Positions 16,581 through 25,360 of a DNA stretch of 29,313 nucleotides are shown here, piece after piece. Below the pieces are notes generated by a model. The model worked only from the letters and a program-made list of their open reading frames with translations, was not told where the DNA came from and ran no database searches. Location of the stretch: NCBI GenBank assembly GCA_043804695.1, contig JAZDIV010000012.1, positions 1 to 29,313 of the forward strand, read 5' to 3'. Made by a program: the position numbers and the translations under genes. The DNA comes from PVC group bacterium (GTDB taxonomy: Bacteria; Auribacterota; Erginobacteria; Erginobacterales; Erginobacteraceae). The stretch's first letter is position 1; the number at the start of each line of letters is the position of its first letter.

Positions 16581-17852
16581 ATGAAGACTTTGCCCTGGAT
16601 GGAGGAGATCTGCCGGGTCGCCAAGCAGGCCTCCTACCGGATGGCGGTTCTGGACACGGAGACCAGGAATGCCGCCCTTCGGGCGATGGCGGACGCCCTG
16701 GAAGCGGATTCACCCGCGATCCTGAAGGCCAACGCTGCTGACGTGGCCGATGCCCGGCGCCGGAAGATCGCGCCGCAGCTGATCGACCGTCTCCGGCTCA
16801 CGGAGGCCAAGCTCGATCAGACCATCGCCGGCGTCCGGGACGTCGCCGCCCTTCCCGACCCGGTCGGGGAAGAGCTGGAGCGTACCGTGCGCCCCAACGG
16901 GCTTCTGATCCGCCGGGTGCGCGTGCCCCTGGGGGTGGTGGCGATCGTCTACGAGGCCCGGCCGGAGGTGGGGGCGGACGCCTCCTGCCTGGCGCTCAAG
17001 GCCGGGAATGCCGTCATCCTGCGCGGGTCCTCGATCGCCCGCCGCTCGGATGAAGCGATTACCGCCGCCGCCGTGGCGGCTCTTCGCCGCTCCGGACTGC
17101 CGGAGGGAGCCCTCTTGCTGGCTTCGGGGGGAGGGCACGAGGCCCTGGCCGAACTGGCCCGCCAGGACCGTTACATCGATCTCTTGATTCCCCGCGGCGG
17201 CGAAGGGCTGAAAGCGGCACTTTTGAAGACGGCCACGGTCCCGCTTCTTTTCGCCGCCGCCGGGAACTGCCACGTGTACGTCGACGCCGCCGCCGACCCG
17301 GAGATGGCGGAGGCCATCGTCGTCAACGCCAAGACGCAAAAGGCCGCCGTCTGCACTGCCGCCGAAAAGCTCCTGGTGCATTCCGCCGTCGCTCCGTCTT
17401 TCCTGCCGCGTGTCCTGCGGGCGCTCTCCGCCCGGGGCGTTGAACTTCGCCTGGATGAACGATCCCGGGCGCTGGCTCCGGCGGACCTTGATCCGGTGCC
17501 GAAAGCCGCTGTCCCCGCCGACTGGGACACCGAGTTTTTGGCCCTGATCATGGGAGTAGCCGTGGTCGATTCCCTGGAGGACGCAATCGCCCATATCAAC
17601 CGGCACGGGAGCGGCCACAGCGAAGCCATCGTCACCGGTGACGAGAAGGCGGCCCGGGCCGTCCAGGCGGGGGGGGACGCGGCCGCGGTCTTCTGGAATG
17701 CCAGCACCCGGTTCACGGACGGCTACCGTTTCGGCATGGGGGCCGAGATGGGGATCTCGACCCAGAAGCTCCACGCCCGGGGCCCGATCGGGCTCAGGGA
17801 ACTCTGCTCCTACAAGTTCGTGGTCGACGGGACAGGTCAGCTCGTGACATGA
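16581..17852 (+). CDS. proA: Gamma-glutamyl phosphate reductase
   Basis: RVPLGVVAIVYEARP, LKAGNAVILRG, IPRGG, GNCHVYVD, HGSGHSEAIVT, NASTRFTDG..FGMGAEMGISTQKLHARGP. Start at ATG 16581 or GTG 16560. Confidence 0.96.
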   Translation: MKTLPWMEEICRVAKQASYRMAVLDTETRNAALRAMADALEADSPAILKANAADVADARRRKIAPQLIDRLRLTEAKLDQTIAGVRDVAALPDPVGEELERTVRPNGLLIRRVRVPLGVVAIVYEARPEVGADASCLALKAGNAVILRGSSIARRSDEAITAAAVAALRRSGLPEGALLLASGGGHEALAELARQDRYIDLLIPRGGEGLKAALLKTATVPLLFAAAGNCHVYVDAAADPEMAEAIVVNAKTQKAAVCTAAEKLLVHSAVAPSFLPRVLRALSARGVELRLDERSRALAPADLDPVPKAAVPADWDTEFLALIMGVAVVDSLEDAIAHINRHGSGHSEAIVTGDEKAARAVQAGGDAAAVFWNASTRFTDGYRFGMGAEMGISTQKLHARGPIGLRELCSYKFVVDGTGQLVT

Positions 17853-18020
17853 GCGAGATCACGAATGTCTCCCCCGGTGGCTCCCGGGCCCCGGTCTACG
17901 CCGTTTAAATTTCACCGCAGCGGCGGAGGTGGATTCGTCGGGTTTCGGCCTACATCGGGGGTTTTACCGGGTCCTCCGATTTCCCCACTTCTAAAAAATA
18001 AATAAAAAAATAAAAGAGGC

Positions 18021-18054
18021 TTGACAAGCCTTAGTTATGAGCATATGCTCATAA
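18021..18054 (+). promoter_or_regulatory. Sigma70-type promoter with a perfect 20-bp palindromic operator candidate
   Basis: A-rich UP-like tract, TTGACA (18021-18026), 17 bp, TATGCT (18044-18049); TTATGAGCATATGCTCATAA at 18035-18054. Confidence 0.8.
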
Positions 18055-18077
18055 TAAGTAATAAAAATGGAGAAAGT

Positions 18078-18461
18078 ATGCCCAGACCCCTGAAAAGACG
18101 TTGGATCGGCTCCTGGCCCGGGGCGGAGTACTTCAAGCCGCGGGGGATTCCGCTGGCCGATCTGGAAGTCGTCAGCCTCACCGTGGACGAATATGAGGCG
18201 ATCAGGCTTCACGACCGCGAGAGAATGGAGCAGGCTCCGGCGGCGGAAATGATGAGAATCTCCCGGGCCACTTTCGGGAGAATACTCAATTCGGCTCATC
18301 AAAAAATAGCGGAAGCCCTCACCTCCGGAAAAGCCATTCGGATCGGGGGAGGGAGCTTTGAGGTTCTTCCCGGGTGTGGTGCCGGCCCCGGTTTCTGCGG
18401 GAGAGGAAGGGGAAGAAGGTGGAGAGGAGGGGGCGGTAATCCATGTTCAAGGAAGGTATGA
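18078..18461 (+). CDS. DUF134 family HTH protein (putative regulator)
   Basis: MPRPLKRRWI, YFKPRGIP, LTVDEYEAIRLHD, AAEMMRISRATFGRILNSAHQKIAEAL; GGAG before ATG 18078. Confidence 0.9.
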   Translation: MPRPLKRRWIGSWPGAEYFKPRGIPLADLEVVSLTVDEYEAIRLHDRERMEQAPAAEMMRISRATFGRILNSAHQKIAEALTSGKAIRIGGGSFEVLPGCGAGPGFCGRGRGRRWRGGGGNPCSRKV

Positions 18462-18580
18462 TTGATCGAAAAATTTCTTGCCGCGACTGAAAGATCGGCA
18501 GCATGGGTTTCAAAACTAAAAATTTTTCGCTTCGCCCCGATGAAATCGGGGAAGAAAAAATTTTAAAAAGGAGGTGTGTC

Positions 18581-18961
18581 ATGCCAGGATTTGATGGAAC
18601 AGGTCCTATGGGTATAGGATCCCGGACCGGCGGCGGCTTCGGTTTCTGCCCGCCCGGTGCCGTCCCGGTCCCTGATCGCGGCGCCTACCCGTATTTCGGG
18701 GTGGGGCGCGGAGGATATCCCCGGGGCGGCGGAAGAGGCCGCGCCTGGGGCGGCGGCCGCGGCTGGTCGTGGAGGGCATACGCCCGCCCGCCGTATCCCG
18801 CGTCCGGGGCGCCTTACCCGCCGGCTCCCTATTACGATCCGTCTTCCGGTGAAGAACTCGATTTTCTCCGCGACCAGGCGAAGGGTCTCCAGGAGGACCT
18901 GGATTCGATTCGGGACCGCATCGGGGAACTGGAGAAGGAGCCCAAGCCGGCTCAGGAGTAA
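18581..18961 (+). CDS. DUF5320 family protein
   Basis: MPGFDGTGPMG.GSRTGGGFGFC, Gly/Arg-rich middle, C-terminal coiled coil; AGGAGGT before the ATG. Confidence 0.85.
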   Translation: MPGFDGTGPMGIGSRTGGGFGFCPPGAVPVPDRGAYPYFGVGRGGYPRGGGRGRAWGGGRGWSWRAYARPPYPASGAPYPPAPYYDPSSGEELDFLRDQAKGLQEDLDSIRDRIGELEKEPKPAQE

Positions 18962-19169
18962 AGCCTACGCCCCCCGGTTTTCCTTTTGCGGGGATTGACC
19001 CGGAAGGTTTAGGGTTAGTCCCCGTGGGGGAAAAAATAATTTAAAAAGTACTGAATATTCCCGGGAGAAAATTCCGAATTAACTGAAACTGCCGATTGGT
19101 ATAAAGAATATCGAGTAGTCTTCAAAATAAAATTTTTCGCAGAAAAATTTTAAGGAGGAAAATTTTAAA

Positions 19170-19544
19170 ATGAAAGTAGTCGTTTCTTCCACCGGCCCCG
19201 ATCTCTCTTCGGCGACCGATCCGAGGTTCGGAAGATGTTCTTATTTTGTTTTGGTGGATAGCGATTCCATGGAAACGAAATCCTATCCCAATGAGTCGCA
19301 AACGGCCATGGGCGGCGCCGGCATTCAGGCCGGGCAATTCGTCTCCTCGCTCGGCGCGGAAGCGGTGATCACCGGCAATGTCGGTCCCAATGCCGCGCGA
19401 GTTCTGGGTGCCTCCGGTATGAAAATTTATACCGGGGCGGCCGGAACGGCCGAAAAGGCCGTGAATGATTTCAAGGCCGGGAAACTGAAGGAGGTCTCCT
19501 CGGCCACGGTCGGTCCCCCCTTCGGGATGGGGGGCGGGCGGTGA
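19170..19544 (+). CDS. NifB/NifX family (MTH1175/ORP-like) cofactor-binding protein
   Basis: DPRFGRCSYFVLVD, GGAGIQAGQ, VITGNVGPNA. Confidence 0.92.
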   Translation: MKVVVSSTGPDLSSATDPRFGRCSYFVLVDSDSMETKSYPNESQTAMGGAGIQAGQFVSSLGAEAVITGNVGPNAARVLGASGMKIYTGAAGTAEKAVNDFKAGKLKEVSSATVGPPFGMGGGR

Positions 19545-20374
19545 TACTGGCTGTCGCCGGGGGCAAAGGCGGGATCGGCAAAACGTTGATCGCCACCAGT
19601 CTCGCTCTCTCCAACGCTCCCGTTCAATTTCTGGATTGTGATGTTGAAGAACCCAATGCCCACCTTTTTCTTGAAGCCAAAGTTAAAAAGGTGGAACGGG
19701 TTTCGATCACGGTTCCGCATTTCAGGAAATGGAAGGGGGAGGCATGCTATCAGGGAGCCGAATTCTGCCGCTATCAGGCCCTGGCGGTGGTTAAAGATAC
19801 GATGCTGGTTTTCCCCGAGCTCTGCGTTTCCTGCGGGGGATGTTTTCTCCTCTGCCCCGAGGGGGTCCTCGATCCGGTGGATCATCAGGTGGGAGATGTT
19901 AAAACAAGTAAGGGGCGGAACGGCATCGAATTCATATCCGGCGAATTAAAAATCGGCTCCCAGCGGACGACCGAAGTGATCCGGGCGGTCAAAAACCGCC
20001 TGGATGCGGGGGGAAACGCGGTCGTGGACTGCCCGCCGGGCAGCGGCCGTCCGGTGCTGGAATCCCTTCGAGGAAGCGACTTCTGCCTGCTGGTGACCGA
20101 ACCGACGCCCTTTGGCCTCCACGATGTGAAAGGTAATAAAAGATTGCTCGATATTTTAAATATTCCCGGCGGCGTCGTCATCAACCGCGCCGGCGGGGGA
20201 TATGACGGTATCCGGCGCTGGTGTGAGGAGGAAGGTGTCCCGGTTCTGGAGGAGATTCCTTTCGATCTTGAACTGGCCCGCGCTGCCGCCCGGGGCCGGA
20301 CCCTCCCGGACATCGACCCCTCCTGGGCGCGGCGATTCCAGGACCTCTGGGCGGCAATAAAAAGAAAGATTTGA
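19541..20374 (+). CDS. MinD/ParA-superfamily P-loop ATPase with ferredoxin insert
   Basis: GGKGGIGKT, DCDVEEPNAHLF, CVSCGGCFLLCP, DCPPG, LVTEPTPFGLHD. Confidence 0.92.
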   Translation: MILAVAGGKGGIGKTLIATSLALSNAPVQFLDCDVEEPNAHLFLEAKVKKVERVSITVPHFRKWKGEACYQGAEFCRYQALAVVKDTMLVFPELCVSCGGCFLLCPEGVLDPVDHQVGDVKTSKGRNGIEFISGELKIGSQRTTEVIRAVKNRLDAGGNAVVDCPPGSGRPVLESLRGSDFCLLVTEPTPFGLHDVKGNKRLLDILNIPGGVVINRAGGGYDGIRRWCEEEGVPVLEEIPFDLELARAAARGRTLPDIDPSWARRFQDLWAAIKRKI

Positions 20375-20424
20375 TGGGAATAATGGAATGCCTGAATAGT
20401 GGAATAATGTTTTGACCGATATTT

Positions 20425-21303
20425 ATGAAACAACTGGTCATCATCAGCGGTAAGGGAGGAACGGGCAAAACCAGTATCGCCGCCTGTTTCGCTGCCCTGG
20501 AAAAGAAAAGGGGGGCGTTTGCTCCGGTGATCGTCGATTGCGATGTTGATGCTCCCAACCTCCATCTGCTCCTGAAGGGAAAGGTGATCAATTTTGCTCC
20601 TTTTTCCGGACCCGAGCGTGCCGTCATCAACCGCGCCCGCGTCTCCGATCCGGACAAATGCGAAAATTCCTGTGCTTTCAAAGCTATTTCCGGTTTCGAA
20701 GTCGATCCGTTTTCCTGTGTCGGATGCGGAGTCTGTCGCCTGGTGTGCGGGGAGGACGCGGTTCAAATGGCGGAGAGAGAAGCGGGGACCATCTTCGAGA
20801 GCGATACCCCCTACGGAAAATTTTTTCACGCGGAACTTCTTCCCGGCCAGCCCGGTTTCGGCGGACTGGTCACGGCTTTGAGAGTGAAGGGCGAAGCAGA
20901 GGCGCTGCGGCGGACCGATTCGCTTCTCCTGATCGACGGCTCGCCCGGAGTGGGATGCCAGGTCATCGCCAGCCTGACCGGCTGCGACCTCGCCTTGGTG
21001 GTTACCGAACCCGGGAAAGGGGCCTTTCACGATCTCGATCGAATTCACCAGTTGCTCCGCTTCTTCGGCATGAAGGCCCTGGTCATGATCAATCGTTATA
21101 ATCTCGACCGGACTCTCATGAAGGAGATCGAGCGGTACTGCCTGAACCATGATCTGGAAATCGCGGGAAGAATTCCTGTTAACGATCTCTTCCGGCAAGC
21201 GGTTCTGGCCGGAAAACCGGCGGTGGAAATGGGGGACGAAAAACTCAACCCCTGGATCGAAGAAGCATACCGGAACACGAGGCAGGCCCTTTATGGTGTG
21301 TGA
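20425..21303 (+). CDS. Second MinD/ParA-superfamily P-loop ATPase with ferredoxin insert
   Basis: [48 protein letters not shown]. Confidence 0.92.
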   Translation: MKQLVIISGKGGTGKTSIAACFAALEKKRGAFAPVIVDCDVDAPNLHLLLKGKVINFAPFSGPERAVINRARVSDPDKCENSCAFKAISGFEVDPFSCVGCGVCRLVCGEDAVQMAEREAGTIFESDTPYGKFFHAELLPGQPGFGGLVTALRVKGEAEALRRTDSLLLIDGSPGVGCQVIASLTGCDLALVVTEPGKGAFHDLDRIHQLLRFFGMKALVMINRYNLDRTLMKEIERYCLNHDLEIAGRIPVNDLFRQAVLAGKPAVEMGDEKLNPWIEEAYRNTRQALYGV

Positions 21304-22195
21304 ATTGAAAAAAGACATCAAGGACAGTTTTGAGCTTCATCGCCGCCAGGGTGAAGATCAGGATCAGTACGAACAACGCCTCCGGATGAAGGAGAACCTC
21401 ACCCGGATCAAGCACAAACTGATGGTGATCAGCGGGAAGGGCGGCGTGGGGAAGACGACGGTGGCGGTTAACCTGGCGGCTGGTTTGGCCCGGGACGGAT
21501 TTGCCGTCGGTTTGCTCGATGCCGACATTCACGGCCCCAATGTCGCCCTCATGCTGGGGAGCGAGGGAAAAAAAATCGAGGGGGGGCGGATCGGAAAGGT
21601 TCGTCCCATCCCGATCCGTCCCGGCCTGGTGGCGATGAGCATGGCCTTCCTCCTCGATCATCCGGGGCAGGCGGTCATCTGGCGCGGCCCCCTCAAGATG
21701 GCGGTGATCAAACAGTTCCTGAGCGATTTCCAATGGGGGGACCTTGATTACCTGGTGGTGGACCTCCCCCCGGGCACGGGCGATGAGCCGCTCAGCATCG
21801 CCCAGCTCATCCCCGAGATGGAGGGGGCGATCATCGTGACCACCCCCCAGGAAGTCGCCCTCCTCGACGCCCGCAAGTGCGTGGATTTCACCCGGCAGCT
21901 CAAGATCCCGGTCCTGGGGCTGGTGGAAAACATGAGCGGCTTTTCCTGCCCGCACTGCGGTAAAGAGATCGATATCTTCAAGAAAGGGGGCGGGGAAAAG
22001 GCCGCGCGGGAACTGGGAGTCCCGTTTCTGGGGCGAATCCCGCTCGATCCCCGTATTGTCGTCAGCAGTGACGAGGGAAAGCCGTTTCTGGATCAGCACC
22101 CCGATTCCGAAGCCGCCCGGAGCCTGAATGCCATCATTAAGAGCATCGTCGGGCGGACGGAAGAAAAACAGAATAACTCAGATCGGTGTTCATAA
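21293..22195 (+). CDS. Mrp/NBP35 (ApbC) Fe-S carrier ATPase
   Basis: [54 protein letters not shown]. Start uncertain; ATG 21293 chosen. Confidence 0.95.
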   Translation: MVCELKKDIKDSFELHRRQGEDQDQYEQRLRMKENLTRIKHKLMVISGKGGVGKTTVAVNLAAGLARDGFAVGLLDADIHGPNVALMLGSEGKKIEGGRIGKVRPIPIRPGLVAMSMAFLLDHPGQAVIWRGPLKMAVIKQFLSDFQWGDLDYLVVDLPPGTGDEPLSIAQLIPEMEGAIIVTTPQEVALLDARKCVDFTRQLKIPVLGLVENMSGFSCPHCGKEIDIFKKGGGEKAARELGVPFLGRIPLDPRIVVSSDEGKPFLDQHPDSEAARSLNAIIKSIVGRTEEKQNNSDRCS

Positions 22196-22220
22196 ATAAA
22201 ATTTTACGGAGGAAAATTTT

Positions 22221-22619
22221 ATGAAAATTGCCATTTCTACCGACAGCGGCCAGGTTTCCGCTCACTTCGGGCGCTGCCCCGAGTTCACGGTGGTCGGGAT
22301 CGAGGACGGAAAAGTGATTTCACAAGAGGTGATCGCCAATCCCGGCCATCATCCCGGTTTCCTGCCCAAGTTCTTATCTGAGCGCGGTATCGGAGCCATC
22401 GTCGCCGGGGGGATGGGGCTCCGGGCTCAAGCTCTCTTTGATGAAATGGGGATGAAGGCGGTCATGGGAATCTCGGGTCCGCTTGACGAGGTCGTCGGGA
22501 AGCTCGCGTCCGGGACCTTGCAGGGGGGGGAGTCGCTCTGCCTCCCGGGAGCGGGAAAGGGCTACGGTCTGGACAAAACCGAATGCGACCATCCGGATGA
22601 AAGTGAAACCGCCGATTAA
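22221..22619 (+). CDS. Second NifB/NifX family cofactor-binding protein
   Basis: MKIAIST, VSAHFGRCPEF, NPGHHPGFLP, GGMG.RA. Confidence 0.92.
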   Translation: MKIAISTDSGQVSAHFGRCPEFTVVGIEDGKVISQEVIANPGHHPGFLPKFLSERGIGAIVAGGMGLRAQALFDEMGMKAVMGISGPLDEVVGKLASGTLQGGESLCLPGAGKGYGLDKTECDHPDESETAD

Positions 22620-22727
22620 GCTGATGATGCGGATTATTTTTTATCAGATTTTTAATTTTCCAGAGGAAAATTAAAAATAATAACTGGGCATATCTAAATA
22701 GAATTCCTGAATAGGTTGGTGAGATTG

Positions 22728-23183
22728 ATGAATGAGGAAAAAGACATTGAAATAGTGGCGCAAGAAATCCAGGAAGCGATCCTGAAAGAGGCCCGGAAGA
22801 TCTATTCCCCTAAAGTCATTGAGTTATCTCAATATCCCGGGAATCTGGGTGTGATTGAGAAGGCCAACGGGTTCGGGATTATCAAAGGGATCTGCGGGGA
22901 TACGATGAAGATTTATCTCCGGATCGTCCGCGGCCGGGTCAAAGAGGCGAAATTCGAGACCGACGGCTGCGGCCCGACGCTGGCCTGCGGGAGCGCGATT
23001 ACCGGGATGGCAAGGGGAAAGACTCTAAAGCAAGTGCTGAAACTATCACCGTCCGACGTGCTGAAAGAGCTCGGAGGTTTGCCCGAATCCCATCTTCATT
23101 GTTCGATCCTCGCCGTTAACGCACTCCACAGCGCCGTCGCCAACTATCTGTTTTTAAATCAGGATCAGCCGAAACCGGAATAA
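22728..23183 (+). CDS. NifU/IscU-like Fe-S scaffold protein
   Basis: YSPKVIEL, GICGDTMKIYL, FETDGCGPTLACGS, LGGLPESHLHCSILA; three conserved cysteines present. Confidence 0.9.
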   Translation: MNEEKDIEIVAQEIQEAILKEARKIYSPKVIELSQYPGNLGVIEKANGFGIIKGICGDTMKIYLRIVRGRVKEAKFETDGCGPTLACGSAITGMARGKTLKQVLKLSPSDVLKELGGLPESHLHCSILAVNALHSAVANYLFLNQDQPKPE

Positions 23184-23224
23184 GCGTAATCAGTTTCCAG
23201 TCCATTGAATAGGTATCACAAACA

Positions 23225-23293
23225 GGAGTAATGGAGTAGTGGAGTGATGGGGAATCAGTCAATATTCCGATATTCCATTATTCCAACATTCCA
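23225..23293. repeat. Imperfect hairpin built from 8-bp tandem repeats
   Basis: GGAGTAAT GGAGTAGT GGAGTGAT opposite CAATATTC CGATATTC CATTATTC CAACATTC; related octamers at about 20377-20409. Confidence 0.65.
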
Positions 23294-23305
23294 AGGAGGT
23301 TGAAG

Positions 23306-23545
23306 ATGCCATCAGGAGATGGAACAGGACCGAGGGGCCAGGGCCCCGGGACGGGAAGAGGAATGGGAGGAAGAGGCATGGGGGGAGGCGGGGGAAGAGG
23401 CAGGATGGGCGGAAACCGCCCCGGCTCCGGACCGGCAGGAGAATGCGTCTGCCCGGGTTGCGGAGCCCGGGTGACGCATCAGGTCGGCGTTCCCTGCTAT
23501 GAGGTTAAATGCCCCAAGTGCGGCGCGGCCATGGCGCGAGCCTGA
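23306..23545 (+). CDS. Small DUF5320-like Gly/Arg-rich protein with C-terminal Cys-rich metal-binding domain
   Basis: MPSGDGTGPRGQGPGTGRGMG; CVCPGCG...PCYEVKCPKCG; AGGAGGT before ATG 23306. Confidence 0.85.
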   Translation: MPSGDGTGPRGQGPGTGRGMGGRGMGGGGGRGRMGGNRPGSGPAGECVCPGCGARVTHQVGVPCYEVKCPKCGAAMARA

Positions 23546-23561
23546 GCAGCGGGATCTTTAG

Positions 23562-24203
23562 GTGCGACCAGTGAAGAATGGCAACCCATTCCGCAGGTTC
23601 GCGTCCGATTACGATTACTGGTATGAGCCCAACCGGGCCGCCTATCTATCCGAGCTGGAAGCGATAAAACGGGTATTCCATCCGTCCTTCCGCGGCCTCG
23701 AAGTCGGTGTCGGGACCGCGCGCTTTGCCGCCCCGCTCAAAGTGAAGTGGGGAATGGATCCGGCCCGGGAAATGCTTGAACTCGCCCGGGCGCGGGGTGT
23801 GAGCGTGGTTCAAGGTCACGGCGAGTCACTCCCCTTCGCGGCCGGGGTTTGTGACTGCGTCTTGCTGATTTTCACTCTCTGTTTCGTCCCTGCTCCGGAG
23901 AGATTAATCGATGAGGCGCGAAGAGTCCTCGGAAAAGGCGGCTCTGTGATTGTGGGGATTATCGATAAAGAAAGTTTTTTAGGCGAAATCTATGAAACTC
24001 GAAAGAGCCAAAGCAAGTTTTACGGTTCGGCCCGATTTTTTTCCGTGCCGGAAGTTTTAAATCTTCTTCCGGAAAATAGATGGAGAGATATAGAAATATT
24101 CCAAACCATTTTCAATTCGCCGGAGGAGATAGCAGAGGTTCAAATTCCCAAAAATGGATATGGAGAAGGGGGGTTTGTCGTAATAAGGGCCACAAAATCC
24201 TGA
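23562..24203 (+). CDS. Class I SAM-dependent methyltransferase
   Basis: LEVGVGTARFA, GMDPAREML, GHGESLPF, TLCFV, EARRVL..GG. Confidence 0.9.
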   Translation: MRPVKNGNPFRRFASDYDYWYEPNRAAYLSELEAIKRVFHPSFRGLEVGVGTARFAAPLKVKWGMDPAREMLELARARGVSVVQGHGESLPFAAGVCDCVLLIFTLCFVPAPERLIDEARRVLGKGGSVIVGIIDKESFLGEIYETRKSQSKFYGSARFFSVPEVLNLLPENRWRDIEIFQTIFNSPEEIAEVQIPKNGYGEGGFVVIRATKS

Positions 24204-24244
24204 ATTATGTTCAAACTAAAATTTTTCCGAAGGAAAAATTTTAA

Positions 24245-25000
24245 ATGAAACTCCTAAAAGAAATATTGACGACCTTGCCGGAGGGACATTCGACACAAGA
24301 GATATACATCGGCGCTTTTGATACGGTGGTGAAGAGCCTGAGATGGGGCATATCCTCCACCTTCCGTGATCCCGTTGGCGAAAATAAATCGGCCTGGATA
24401 AAAGGAGCGGGGGAACTCATCGGCCGTCCGGCGCTCGATCTCGCCCGGTACGTTCTTTCCGATAATCTGCTCGAGGCTTCCCTGGGGATGGCGGCGATCA
24501 ACTCGCTTCTCCATACGGAAGGAATCGCTTTCCATGAGATCAACGCCGCCCGGATTGTACGGGAACACGGGAAAGGGAAAAATGTCGCGGTCGTCGGCGA
24601 CTTTCCATTTCTGGAAAAGATCCGGAGCGAGGTGAACAATCTGTGGGTCATAAGCAGGAGACCCTGGGAGGGGGAGGAGGGGGTGAAGGAAGCCCGGTCA
24701 ATTCTTCCCCGGGCCGATGTCGTCGCTCTCACCGGCAGCTCGTTCATCAATCATACCGCCGAAGTCCTCCTTTCCCTGTGCCCCCGGGCCTATACGTTGA
24801 TTCTGGGTCCCTCAACGCCGCTTTCCCCGGTGCTGTTTCGTTACGGGGCGGACGCTATCTGCGGCACGCTGATCGACGATCCGGACCGGGCTCTGCCCTT
24901 TATCCGGCAGGGCGCTTCCTTCCGTCACATTCAGGGGCTTCGTCTGGTAACGATGTTTAAAGATGGGGTCCCCGATGACAACGATATGCGCTCTGGTTGA
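24245..25000 (+). CDS. DUF364 family (Rossmann-like, putative heavy-metal chelation) protein
   Basis: LEASLGMAAINS, KNVAVVGDFP, ADVVALTGSSFINHT, LGPSTPLSPVLF.YGAD. Confidence 0.88.
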   Translation: MKLLKEILTTLPEGHSTQEIYIGAFDTVVKSLRWGISSTFRDPVGENKSAWIKGAGELIGRPALDLARYVLSDNLLEASLGMAAINSLLHTEGIAFHEINAARIVREHGKGKNVAVVGDFPFLEKIRSEVNNLWVISRRPWEGEEGVKEARSILPRADVVALTGSSFINHTAEVLLSLCPRAYTLILGPSTPLSPVLFRYGADAICGTLIDDPDRALPFIRQGASFRHIQGLRLVTMFKDGVPDDNDMRSG

Positions 25001-25273
25001 AGAACGAACCCTGTCCTCCGGCTTGAAAACGGAGCACGGCCTTTCCCTGCTGCTGGAGGCCGGGGGTAAAAGCTGGCTTTTCGATGCCGGCCGGAGCGAC
25101 GCGGTCGTGCTGAACAGCCGCAAGCTGGGATTTGACCTGACCGTGATCGAAGGGATTATCCTCACGGTCACTATGACCACACCGGAGGATTGCGGGAGGT
25201 ATTGAAGGTGGCCGGACCGAAAAAGCCGATCCCTTGTCACGTAAACAGGACGTTTCCAGTGCTTCCGAAATAA
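24975..25273 (+). pseudogene. Frameshifted, truncated MBL-fold metallo-hydrolase
   Basis: EHGLSLLLE, LFDAG in one frame; HGHYDHTGGL continues in another frame from 25163 and stops at 25273. Confidence 0.85.
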
Positions 25274-25312
25274 TATATTAGCTCGCTTTGCTCGCAACTT
25301 TTGCCACTAAGA

Positions 25313-25341
25313 CACCCCCGTAGCGAAGCTGTACGGGGGTG
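25313..25341. terminator. Hairpin between convergent operons
   Basis: CACCCCCGTA-GCGAAGCTG-TACGGGGGTG, 10-bp stem. Confidence 0.55.
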
Positions 25342-25360
25342 GCTAATAATTATTGAAATT

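Noticed and set aside
16219..16713. ORFs over family A repeats (5868-6101, 9634-9846, 12134-12403, 16219-16713)
   Set aside because: Shared peptides such as HCEERSDEAIS and DCFVAALLAMT are just translations of the repeat.
16581..17852. proA as a neofunctionalised paralogue (no adjacent proB; VCTA instead of VCNA)
   Set aside because: The catalytic Cys and other motifs are intact and unlinked proA/proB is common.
17991..18582. Longer ORF-track starts for DUF134 (18021) and DUF5320 (18503)
   Set aside because: The extensions run through the promoter palindrome or an intergenic hairpin; SD-preceded ATGs at 18078 and 18581 give the family-typical N-termini.
19170..23183. Nitrogen-fixation cluster
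   Set aside because: NifX-like and NifU-like domains only; no nifH/D/K/E/N, and the ATPases are MinD/Mrp type.
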